Source: Octopus vulgaris (Eukaryota). Taken from it: a stretch of 64,000 bases of DNA. The stretch's first letter is position 1. Every line of letters starts with the position of its first letter. Made by a program: the position numbers and the translations under genes. The notes below the pieces were generated by a model. The model did not search any database. It saw only the letters and a list, made by a program, of their open reading frames with translations, and had not been told where the DNA came from. Positions 13,201 through 26,241 of the stretch are shown here, piece after piece. Where the stretch lies: contig OX597835.1 of the NCBI GenBank assembly GCA_951406725.2, positions 3,968,001 through 4,032,000 of the forward strand, written 5' to 3'.

Positions 13201-16200
13201 CTTAACGACTTCTTTCTTCACCTGCCGGAGCCTGAATTACACGAGGAACAAGATATGATGGGAGAAGGCGATATTCTCCCGATATATCGTAAACCTTGCC
13301 TTCCATTATATGTCTAATTAATCTAAGGTGATCAAGGAAATGCAAGTTACAATGTTAAGATTTGATCAATTTAAAAAGAAAACAATTTCACACAGAAATA
13401 GTTATATTTGTTCACAGAGACACCTGTCTCAGGTATAAATACAAATACTATGATTTAAGTTTTGTGCTGTGCATTTTGATAGCATTTCAACAGACTGGAA
13501 TATCTACCCAAGTCAGCAGTAAATGTCTCAGCTGCTGAAGATGTCTTAGCCTACAGCAGAATTGCTACCTACAACAGATGTCTCAGTTAAAAATAAACGT
13601 CCCACTGATAGCTGATGTCCTTGTCTGCAGAAGATGCCTAAGTGTAACTTGAAAACAAACCACAATCCTTCACATAAAAAATGGAAAAATATTTCACAGT
13701 AGTAAAACATTTTTTGTACAAGGCCACAGCAAACAGGGGTGCATTTACAGCCTCTATGTGGTTGCATAATCTGCTTGAAATAACAGCCAAATCTCCTTCA
13801 AATTACACATTACTTGAAAAAAAAATTAGACAGTTGTCACAGCTGGAATGTTTGACCTGGAGCTAAACAATTGCAAGTCAAGAAAGGAGTCTATATGGTT
13901 ACCAGGAGTTTTAGAAATAGCAATCAGATCTCCCTCAAATCTACCCAGTCTTTGATTATAGATCTGCTAAATCAGAGAGCAGACCTGGTGTTAACAGAAA
14001 CTTATTAATAATCTGTAGTATCTAATAATGACATCCTAGTTCTACAAAAGATGTAGACATTTATGTCTTTCAGAATAAATGTAGAGTTTTGTGTTTGCAT
14101 TACAGTTTAATAACCTTCTGAACAGAGAGGGAGAGAGGCATAGTAGCTGTTATTTTAAGGTGTTGGACAAAAGACTACAAAATCAAGAGTTCAAATCAAA
14201 CCTCAAGTACAACACTTTATACACTCCTGAATAAAATACGTGTCTTTGTCCCCAGCACAACACATCCAACCAACAACAATAGGTTCCAGTTCATGGTTAA
14301 TCCTTTAGCATTCAGATTATTCTGTCAAATGCAAAGCTTATTCATTCCCACACAGTGGGATCGAACCCAGAACCATGTGGTTGGGAAGCGAACATCTTAC
14401 TACACAGCCATGCCTGCACCTATAATGACATTAGCAAAAAAAAAAATTCTGTTGGACTTGAAAGAATGCTTGAATAAAAATATCCAAGCCATGGTTCCTC
14501 TTTATAAGATGGTAAAAATAAAAGACGAGAGATTTTGTTCAGGAAATTATATAAATAAAATATAAGAACTTTAGAAAACTGTACAACTTGCAGAAGATTT
14601 ACAAAGAAAAATCACAAACAGGAAAAAATAATTGTCTTCTTACCCCATAAATACCACCTTTGTGAGCTGGAGAACCAAGCTCACCAATTGATTCACCATT
14701 TTTTCCATCATAAACAAAGGCCTACAAAAAAAAAAAAAATGTTATAAAATAACAAGGATTCATTTTTCAATAATTAACAGCAAAAATAGAGTTGAATAAA
14801 CAAAACACTTGGATAAAACATCATCATCATCATCTAACATGTTTTCCATGATGGCATGGGTTGGATGGTCTGACAGAAGCTGGCAAAGCCATTGGCCGTG
14901 CCAGATTCCACTGTATGTTCCGGCATGGTTTCTATGGCAGGATGCTCTTCCTAACACTAAAATCACTTATATATTAAATCTCATGTGTGTGTATATGGTA
15001 AAGAGAGCCTGCACAAGCCAACAGCAGTCTTTCCACACAGGTGACACACCTATTATTTTTCAAGCAAATCAATAAGAAAGCCCCTAAGTGCTTACCCAAG
15101 CTGTTGAAAATAGCACTTAAATTACATTCTACTGCCTTAAAAAAAAAAGACTCATTGGACAATATAGACCAAAAGTTACAAGGTGACAGGATCGAATGCC
15201 TTTGATCAGAGGCCTGCTGGATCAGCAGGCTTGGAAAGTCACTACTACTGCTGCTGTTGCTGTTGAGTGAAGCGGTCTTCATCCCAGAGTGGGAGAAGTC
15301 CGAAACGTGGTCCTTTGCTATTCGTAAGACCCGTAGAAGAGAAAGCAGGTCAACCCCCAACACCAAGAGCATTGACAGATGGATGAATGTGCATCCAGGC
15401 TCAGCGGTTGTGTAGGAAATCGGGGATAAGAAACAGGAAGAAAGAGTGAGAGAAAGTTGTGGTGAAAGAGTACAACAGGGGTCGTCACCACCCCCTGCCG
15501 GAGCCTTGTGGGCCTTTTAGGTGTTTTCGCTCAATAAACACACACAACACCCGGTCTTGGAATCGAAACCACGATCCTCCAACCACGAGTCCGCTGCCCT
15601 AACCACTGGGCCATTGCGCCTCCACTGCAACTGCTGCTGCTACTTTTACTAGACAGCTGATTGGTACAACAATAACGACTCTATTGCAATGAACAAATTT
15701 ATTGCAAAAACTTCAGTGGAGAATTTGGTAGAAGTCAAAGCTGTTATGTACAACTAATTTAAGCTTCAAGAATTCCATAACTGACCATCTTTTTACTCAA
15801 ACAGCAAACAAAACTGTTTTGCACGAAATATAACGAAAACAATGTTGTCTATCTGGACATCAACAAGACTTTCCACAGCATCTATGAATCTTCAATAAAA
15901 AACCTCTTAATGATGGGTTGCACCCATCTCTTTTATCATTTGGATTGGTAGCATCCACTCAGACTGCTGCTATGTATGTTGACAAGGTCCTTTCTACCAA
16001 CACTGGCATTCCTAAGGGCTCTGTTTTATCCCCCACTTTCTTTCCTCCATACATCAATGACTTGTTGCCACTACATTCAACAACACCCAATCTTGTTCAT
16101 GACACTACCCTTCACTTCTCCCTGACATTCTTCAACAAGACATGATTCTCTCACAAGACACCACACACCAGGCCTGCACTGACCCCCTGAGTAGAGACCT

Positions 16201-16781
16201 TTAAAAGCATCCTTCAGTGGCCAGACTGGAGCCTGGTGCAGCCTCCTGGCTTCCCAGACCCCGGTTGAACTGTCCAACCCATGCTAGCATGGAAAACGGA
16301 TGTTAAACGATGATGACGACACACACACACGTATGAGTGTGTTCTTAACTGCAGAGTAATCCCTGCACTATTACTTTAAGGACATCACACAAAATGAAAA
16401 GAAGCCCAAACATTTATCCTTAGTACTTACTTTTCCATCAGCGCCACCAGAGATAAATTTTTCACCATTTGGAGAGTAACGAATGCAGTTGACAAAATTT
16501 GTGTGTGCCTGCAAAAGAAAAACACGGAATTTAAAACACAGACCGAAATCCAGAGGAATTATTGATCCCTACACTAGGCAGGGATTTATTGATATAAGGA
16601 GGAGGCACAATTGACTTCAGAGAACTGACCCTTCAGTATAATAAATCTCTGATTTTATTGAATTTGACACATACATACATTATATACATTCAGGCTTTTT
16701 ACATTTTTCCTGAATGCCAAACTAAAACCCCTTGTTTGTTAACTCATCTATATTTTGTTTTTTTTTGTACAAATTTGAACT

Positions 16782-16830
<49 letters not shown>

Positions 16831-18682
16831 GAAGTTACAAAAAAAACAAAAGACGAAGACAGATGGTGTACAAAACAAACAGATGTATTAGTATAACACT
16901 CAGGAATAGAAAAAGTCTTTTACGTTTCGAGCCTACGCTCTTCTACAGAAAGGGACACAGAAAAAAACAAGGAGAGAAAAATAAAATACAAAATGGGACA
17001 AGAACGCAAAACATCCGGACAACTAGGTGATACAAAAAGAGACAACAAAACATCCAGACACACAATACAAAAAAACAAGGACGGGTCATTCGAAGCCTTT
17101 TATCCTCAGTCAAGAACCGGATCATCCTCGCAATTTTGGCTGATTATACTTGAGATTGCTCCAATCTGGGCAGCCCCAAGGAAAAACTAATCTAAGAGCA
17201 TTAGGTTCCTTGGGAAAAAAAGCATCGAATGTATACGAAAACAAGGACGGAAAAACAGACGATGTTGCATGAATATAAATACAAAAATACAATGAAAATG
17301 AATAATAATAACAATAAGGACATAACAACAGGCGTCTTTCGACTGGGGACGAATTGAATTCAGCTGGTGTGTGTGGAAATGAAACCTTACAGCAGAGAGA
17401 ATATACATATATATATATATATATATAAATATGCACACACACACATAGATGTATGAGAGGAGGAGAAGATGAGAGATGGGAAGTACTCGTGGCACCTGCA
17501 GGTACTCTCTGACTGGGTAACCTGTGGGTTACTACATAATTCACCTTGACAAGAGCCAATCAGAGACTACACCACAACCATGACCCATTAAATGAAAACC
17601 AAATACTCACATCGATCTTTTTGGTGAACTTAAACGGTGGGCCTTCACACATGACAACGCTGTAGTCTTCACTGGCTGTCACCACCCTGAAGGGATTCAT
17701 TTGTCTGTAGTCACAGGAATTGATTTGTTTGCTGTGGCCACTAATTTCTCCAACAGAAGAACCTGTATCCACCAGAAAAGCACGAGCAAACCTGGTAAAA
17801 ATATAAAATTATAATTTAACCCTTTCGTTACTGTATTTATTTTGAGATGCTCTGTGTTTCTTTCAATTACTTTAAATATAACAAAGAATTTAGTAAAATA
17901 ACTTAGTTATCATTAAGCTAGTGTTAGGAACATAAATTGTGACTAAGGCTTGCTGGAAGATTTTAATTCAAAACTTATGAAAACAAGACATTTGTACAAC
18001 AGAGCCAGAGCCGGTTTCAGCCGGGTTGGTAACGAAAAGCTTAACATAAACAAAACTCCAGTTGGGAGTAAGTCACATTACTATGGCTTTTTAATTTGCA
18101 TACTTATATGACAGTATGGGTTGAATAAGTTTACAAACTTTAAATATTTACCATCAAAGAGATTTACATTGTTATCATTTAAAATATTCACCACCAAAAA
18201 GACAAAAGAAGCTCTTGCAGTTAAATCCCTTCTTCTTTATGTTAGTATGAGTTGATTGGGGCTACACACCAACAAAAAGAAGCCTGTACATAGAGGCTTA
18301 ACCAGCTAGTAATAGCAGCCAATTTCAAATGTATGACACTCTCCTATCTTTAATAAGAGAAGGTACATTGGATGATACACCTGAAAAGATGAAGTGATTA
18401 AAGCTGGAATACGTTAGATCGCAAATGTGCTTGATATGGGTTGCTGGCCTATGGCTAAACAACAAAATAAAAAAAAAACAAGGGGTGAAAGAGAGATGTT
18501 ATAGATTTGATCACGTACGTTCCTTTGCCGTCACCAGCAACAAGCATTCTCTTATTATCTGGAGACCAGGCAATGTCTTTGATCGTTCCAGCGATTGGTT
18601 GATATTCTTTGGAGAGAACATGTTCTGGGTTGATTGTATCCCAAATTCGAATTTTGCCCCTGTCATCTGGAACAAATACATG

Positions 18683-18718
<36 letters not shown>

Positions 18719-21700
18719 TATTATTACTATTATTCTTGAGTGAGAGAGCAGCAAACATCATCAATATGATGCTGGGGTACAAATATACAAAGCCCAAATA
18801 CCCATCATGATTACCCATCTGATAAGGATACACAAGGAACATGTATCACAACCTTATGTATGCAACATGGTGATCACATATTAAGACAAACAGCACATGA
18901 CTTTGCAGATGTGGTCCAGTTAGAATTTTCTGCAGGTTGAGTATCTCATCCCAATCAAAAGGACCCTGAATAAGAGCTGTCCAAGGATGATGAAAGAAAC
19001 ACCAATGTTTCCAGGGGTAAATTTATTTAAACCCCCCCAAAGAATCCCTCTCAACACATGTCTATGATGCTCCCCCACTGTTCAGAGCTTGTGATCAGAG
19101 ATGCACATATCTTTAGCCACTGAAAGACTTGCTCAACAGGTTAAGGTCTGAGCTGGTGCAATTGTTAGCATGCTGGGCACAACTCTTAACAGCATTTCAT
19201 TCATTGTTATGCGCCGAGTTCAAATTCGGCCAAGGTCAACTTTGCTTTCATCCTTTCAGGGTCGATAAAATAAGTACCAGTTGTACGCTGGGGTCAATGT
19301 AATCAATTTGCCCCTTCTCCACAAACTGCAGACCTTGCACCAAAATACGAAATCAGTATACATAGGAAGGGCATCCAGCCATAGAAATCATGGCATTGGT
19401 CAGCCTGAGGCTATAGTAGAAGACACTTGCCCAAGGTCCCATGCAGTGGGATTGAACTCTGAACCATGTGGCTGAGAAGCAAGCTTCTTACCACACAGCC
19501 ACTCCTGCGCCGATATGTATGAATATGTATGTAATTGAATCCTATAATTTATTTAACCACTTCAGAATGACAGCTGTTCCTCAACCCAGTCTAATGTGTT
19601 CTCAATAGAAACACGACCGATAAGAATTCAGTTCCTTGGTGACCCATTAGTAGCTGTAAAATGATAAGAAAAAGAGAAAGGTATCTTACCTCCAGAGGCA
19701 ATGTAGAAACCACTCGGAGAATATTTGGCAACCATCACATTACCGGAATGTTCTGTGTACATATCACAGCTGTTGGGGTTCTACGAAAACAGAGGAATCA
19801 TTAGCAGTTAGAATGATGACATAACACAGACATTAGACAGCAGGGAATGGGTGGCAGTTAGGGGCTATAGCTAGGAATGCCCACTCTAGTTGGGGCCTGC
19901 AACCAGGAACGTGGGCCTGCAACCAGGAACGTGGGCCTGCAACCAGGAACGTGGGCCTGCAACCAGGAACATGGGCCTGCAACCAGGAACGTGGGCCTGC
20001 AACCAGGAACGTGGGCCTGCAACCAGGAACGTGGGCCTGCAACCAGGAATGTGGGCCTGCAACCAGGAACATTGCTGTTAGGGCTCTGTAATTAGATGTG
20101 TAGTTGTCATTCAGGACCCTACAACCAGGGATATCACAACTAGAGGTCTAATAGTATTGAGGGAGCGGAGGGGGCAGTAGTAAACCAGGTTTTAGGCTGT
20201 GATGGAGTCCTACAAGCAGGGATACAACTAACGATATCAGGGTTTAGTAATGACAGTGATATCAAAGTCATTGGGGCACTAAAACAATGATGTCGTAAAT
20301 GAAATGGGTTTTAAAAGTGAACTTCATAGCTTCTTGGTATTCTATACTGTGAATATAGATGAGAAAGAAATGGATATTTAGATGGAACATAATATGAAAT
20401 ATTGTATTTGAAACAGACTTACTTCGATGTCTCTGATGACAACATTGTGTCCATTAGTGTAGAGAAAATATTTTCCTTTGGGGTCAGCGCCTAAAACTAT
20501 AGGCATACCACGTTGGGTTCGGGGAAGAGTTGGAAATGTGGTTTCTGAAAAATAATGACATTCATAGAAGTAAATTTTGTTATGGATTAATTTTTAGCCA
20601 TTTTTTATCTGTTACACTCAAGGCCATGCAGCAGCACTGCTGTTGTACAACTGAATGAAAAATATATTTAAAAACATTAAAAAAAAAAACATTCTAAAAA
20701 ACAGAGAAAATGTCACAGGGAATCAAATTGAATTGGAATTTAACCCCAGACATAGTTGGCCCCTTGGTATATTATATGTAATTGACTAACATTCAGTATC
20801 TCCATTTCCAAGATTGTATTAATCTTAGAGNNNNNNNNNNNNNNNNNNNNNNNNNNNNNNNNNNNNNNNNNNNNNNNNNNNNNNNNNNNNNNNNNNNNNN
20901 NNNNNNNNNNNNNNNNNNNNNNNNNNNNNNTAAAAATAAACGTCCCACTGAGAGCTGATGTCCTTGTCTGCAGAAGATGCCTAAGTGTAACTTGAAAACA
21001 AACCACAATCCTTCACATAAAAAATGGAAAAATATTTCACAGTAGTAAAACATTTTTTGTACAAGGCCACAGCAAACAGGGGTGCATTTACAACCTCTAT
21101 GTGGTTGCATAATCTGCTTGAAATAACAGCCAAATATCCTTCAAATTACACATTACTTGAAAAAAAAAATTAGACAGTTGTCACAGCTGGAATGTTTGAC
21201 CTGGAGCTAAACAATTGCAAGTCAAGAAAGGAGTCTATATGGTTACCAGGAGTTTTAGAAATAGCAATCAGATCTCCCTCAAATCTACCCAGTCTTTGAT
21301 TATAGATCTGCTAAATCAGAGAGCAGACCTGGTGTTAACAGAAACTTATTAATAATCTGTAGTATCTAATAATGACATCCTAGTTCTACAAAAGATGTAG
21401 ACATTTATGTCTTTCAGAATAAATGTAGAGTTTTGTGTTTGCATTACAGTTTAATAACCTTCTGAACAGAGAGGGAGAGAGGCATAGTAGCTGTTATTTT
21501 AAGGTGTTGGACAAAAGACTACAAAATCAAGAGTTCAAATCAAACCTCAAGTACAACACTTTATACACTCCTGAATAAAATACGTGTCTTTGTCCCCAGC
21601 ACAACACATCCAACCAACAACAATAGGTTCCAGTTCATGGTTAATCCTATAGCATTCAGATTATTCTGTCAAATGCAAAGCTTATTCATTCCCACACAGT

Positions 21701-24700
21701 GGGACTGAACCCAGAACCATGTGGTTGGGAAGCAAGCATCTTACCTCACAGCCATGCCTGCAACTATAATGACATTAGCAAAAAAAGAATTCTGTTGCAC
21801 TTGAAAGAATGATTGAATAAAAATATCCAAGCCATGGTTCCTCTTTATAAGATGGTAAAAATAAAAGATGAGAGATTTTTGTTCAGGAAATGATGTAAAT
21901 AAAATATAAGAACTTTATGAAAACTGTACAACTTGCAGAAGATTTACAAAGAAAAATCAGGAAAAAATAATTGTCTTCTTACCCCATAAATACCACCTTT
22001 GTGAGCTGGAGAACCAAGCTCACCAATTGATTCACCATTTTTTCCATCATAAACAAAGGCCTACAAAAAAAAAAAAAAAAAAGTTATAAAATAACAAGGA
22101 TTCATTTTTCAATAATTAACAGCAAAAATAGAGTTGAATAAACAAAACACTTGGATAAAACATCATCATCATCATCTAACATGTTTTCCATGATGGCATG
22201 GGTTGGATGGTCTGACAGAAGCTGGCAAAACCATTGGCCGTGCCAGATTCCACTGTATGTTCCGGCATGGTTTCTATGGCAGGATGCTCTTCCTAACACT
22301 AAAATCACTTATATATTAAATCTCATGTGTGTGTATATGGTAAAGAGAGCCTGCACAAGCCAACAGCAGTCTTTCCACACAGGTGACACACCTATTATTT
22401 TTCAAGCAAATCAATAAGAAAGCCCCTGAGTGCTTACCCAAGCTGTTGAAAATAGCACTTAAATTACATTCTACTGCCTTAAAAAAAAAGACTCATTGGA
22501 CAATATAGACCAAAAGTTACAAGGTGACAGGATGGAGTGCCTTTGATCAGAGGCCTGCTGGATCAGCAGGCTTGGAAAGTCACTACTACTGCTGCTGTTG
22601 CTGTTGAGTGAAGCGGTCTTCATCCCAGAGTGGGAGAAGTCCGAAACGTGGTCCTTTGCTATTCATAAGACCCAGAGAGAAAGCAGGTCAACCCCCACAC
22701 CGAGAGCATCGACGGATGGATGAATGCGCATCCAGGCTCAGCGGTTGTGTAGGAAATCGGGGATAAGAAACAGGAAGAAAGAGTGAGAGAAAGTTGTGGT
22801 GAAAGAGTACAACAGGGGTCGTCACCACCCCCTGCCGGAGCCTTGTGGAGCTTTTAGGTGTTTTTGCTCAACAAACACACACAACACCCGGTCTCGGAAT
22901 CGAAACCACGATCCTCCGACCACGAGTCCGCTGCCCTAACCACTGGGCCATTACACCTCCACTGCTACTGCTGCTTTTACTAGACAGCTGATTGGTACAA
23001 CAATAACGACTCTATTGCAATGAACAAATTTATTGCAAAAACTTCAGTGGAGAATTTGGTAGAAGTCAAAGCTGTTATGTACAACTAATTTATGCGTTCA
23101 AGAATTCCATAACTGACCATCTTGTTACTCAAATAGCAAACAAAACTGTTTTGTACGAAATATAACGAAAACAATGTTGTCTATCTGGACATCAACAAGA
23201 CTTTTCACAGCATCTATGAATCTTCAATAAAAAACCTCTTAATGATGGGTTGCACCCATCTCTTTTATCATTTGGATTGGTAGCATCCACTCAGACCGCT
23301 GCTATGTATGTTGACAAGGTCCTTTCTACCAACACTGGCATTCCTCGGGGCTCTGTTTTATGCCCCACTTTCTTTCCTCCATACATCAATGACTTCATTG
23401 TTGCCACCACATTCAACAACACCCAATCTTGTACATGACACTACCCTTCACTTCTCCCTGACATTCTTCAACAAGACATGATTCTCTCACAAGACACCAC
23501 ACACCAGGCCTGCACTGACCCCCTGAGTAGAGACCTTTAAAAGCATCCTTCAGTGGCCAGACTGGAGCCTGGTGCAGCCTCCTGGCTTCCCAGACCCCGG
23601 TTGAACTGTCCAACCCATGCTAGCATGGAAAACGGATGTTAAACGATGATGACGACACACACACACACACACACACACACGTATGTGTGTGTTCTTAACT
23701 GCAGAGTAATCCCTGCACTATTACTTTAAGGACATCACACAAAATGAAAAGAAGCCCAAACATTTATCCTTAGTACTTACTTTTCCATCGGCGCCACCAG
23801 AAATAAATTTTTCACCATTTGGGGAGTAGCGAATGCAGTTAACAAAATTTGTGTGAGCCTGCAAAAGAAAAACACGGTATTTAAAACACAGACCGAAATC
23901 CGGAGGAATTATTGATCCTTACACTAGGCAGGGATTTATTGATATAAGGAGGAGGCACAATTGACTTCAGAGAACTGACCCTTCAGTATAATAAATCCAT
24001 GATCTTATTGAATTTGACACATACATACATTATATACATTCAGGCTTTTTACATTTTTCCTGAATGCCAAACTAAAACCCCTTGTTTGTTAACTCATCTA
24101 TATTTTGTTTTTTTTTGTACAAATTTGAACTACAAATATATATATATATATATATGAAGAAGTTACAAAAAACAAAAGACGAAGACAGATGGTGTACAAA
24201 ACAAACAGATGTATTAGTATAACGCTCAGGAATAGAAAAAGTCTTTTATGTTTCGAGCCTACGCTCTTCTACAGAAAGGGACACAGAAAAAAACAAGGAG
24301 AGAAAAAAGGAGAGAAAAATAAAATACAAAATGGGACAAGAACGCAAAACATCCGGACAACTAGGTGATACAAAAAGAGACAACAAAACATCCAGACACA
24401 CAATACAAAAAAACAAGGACGGGTCATTCGAAGCCTTTTATCTTCAGTCAAGAACCGGATCATCCTCGCAATTTTGGCTGATTATACTTGAGATTGCTCC
24501 AATCTGGGCAGCCCCAAGGAAAAACTAATCTAAGAGCATTAGGTTCCTTGGGAAAAAAGCATCGAATGTATACGAAAACAAGGACGGAAAAACAGACGAT
24601 GTTGCATGAATATAAATACAAAAATACAATGAAAATGAATAATAATAACAATAAGGACATAACAACAGGCGTCTTTCGACTGGGGACGAATTGAATTCAG

Positions 24701-24733
24701 TTGATGTGTGGAAATGAAACCTTACAGCAGAGA

Positions 24734-24768
<35 letters not shown>

Positions 24769-26202
24769 GCACACACACACACATAGATGTATGAGAGGAG
24801 GAGAAGATGAGAGATTGGATGTACTCGTGGCACCTGCAGGTACTCTCTGACTGGGTAACCTGTGGGTTACTACATAATTCGGCTTGACCAGAGCCAATCA
24901 GAGACTACACCACAACCATGATCCATTAAATGAAAACCAAATACTCACATCGATCTTTTTGGTGAACTTAAACGGTGGGCCTTCACACATGACAACGCTG
25001 TAGTCTTCACTGGCTGTCACCACCCTGAAGGGATTCATTTGTCTGTAGTCACAGGAATTGATTTGTTTGCTGTGGCCACTAATTTCTCCAACAGAAGAAC
25101 CTGTATCCACCAGAAAAGCACGAGCAAACCTGGTAAAAATATAAAATTATAATTTAACCCTTTCATTACTGTATTTCTGTTGAGATGCTATGTGATGCTT
25201 TCAATTAATTTTAAATATAACAAAGAATTTAGTAAAATAACTTAGTTATCATTAAGTTAGTGTTAGGAACATAAATTGTGACTAAGGCTTTGCTGGAAGA
25301 TTTTAATTCAAAACTTATGAAAACAAGACATTTGTACAACAGAGCCAGAGCCGGTTTCAGCCGGGTTGGTAACGAAAAGCTTAACATAAACAAAACTCCA
25401 GTTGGGAGTAAGTCACATTGCTATGGCTTTTTAATTTGCATACTTATATGACAGTATGGGTTGAATAAGTTTACAAACTTTAAATATTTACCATCAAAGA
25501 GATTTACATTGTTATCATTTAAAATATTCACCACCAAAAAGACAAAAGAAGCTCTTGCAGTTAAATCCCTTCTTCTTTATGTTAGTATGAGTTGATTGGG
25601 GCTACACACCAACAAAAAGAAGCCTGTACATAGAGGCTTAACCAGCTAGTAATAGCAGCCAATTTCAAATGTATGACACTCTCCTATCTTTAATAAGAGA
25701 AGGTACATTGGATGATACACCTGAAAAGATGAAGTGATTAAAGCTGGAATACGTTAGATCGCAAATGTGCTTGATATGGGTTGCTGGCCTATGGCTAAAC
25801 AACAAAATAAAAAAAAAAACAAGGGGTGAAGAGAGAGAGAGAGAGCAAAAGAGAGATGTTATAGATTTGATCACGTACGTTCCGTTTCTCTTATTATCTG
25901 GAGACCAGTGTCTTTGATCGTTCAGCATTGGTTGATATTCAAGCATTCTCTTATTATCTTCGGCCCTGTCAGAACAAATACATGCATTATTATTATTATT
26001 CAGTAGTATATTTTTTATATCGTGCTTTGATCGTTCCAGCGATTGGTTGATATTCTTGTATGGAAAGTGTTCTGCGTAGGAGTGTGCAACTGTATGTTCT
26101 GGGTTGATTTGTATCCTGAATATTTTTTATCATGCCTAATTCTATGAATTTTTCTGCCCATTCTGTCATCTGGAACAAATATCATATTGCATTTAGAAAG
26201 CA

Positions 26203-26241
<39 letters not shown>

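Noticed and set aside
17085-17120. Second hammerhead (CTGAGGA...CGAA) in the Penelope-like repeat
   Set aside because: No GAAA and no pairing stems I or II could be drawn.
19833-20095. Repeat-protein ORFs
   Set aside because: 20-bp intronic minisatellite without splice or coding evidence.
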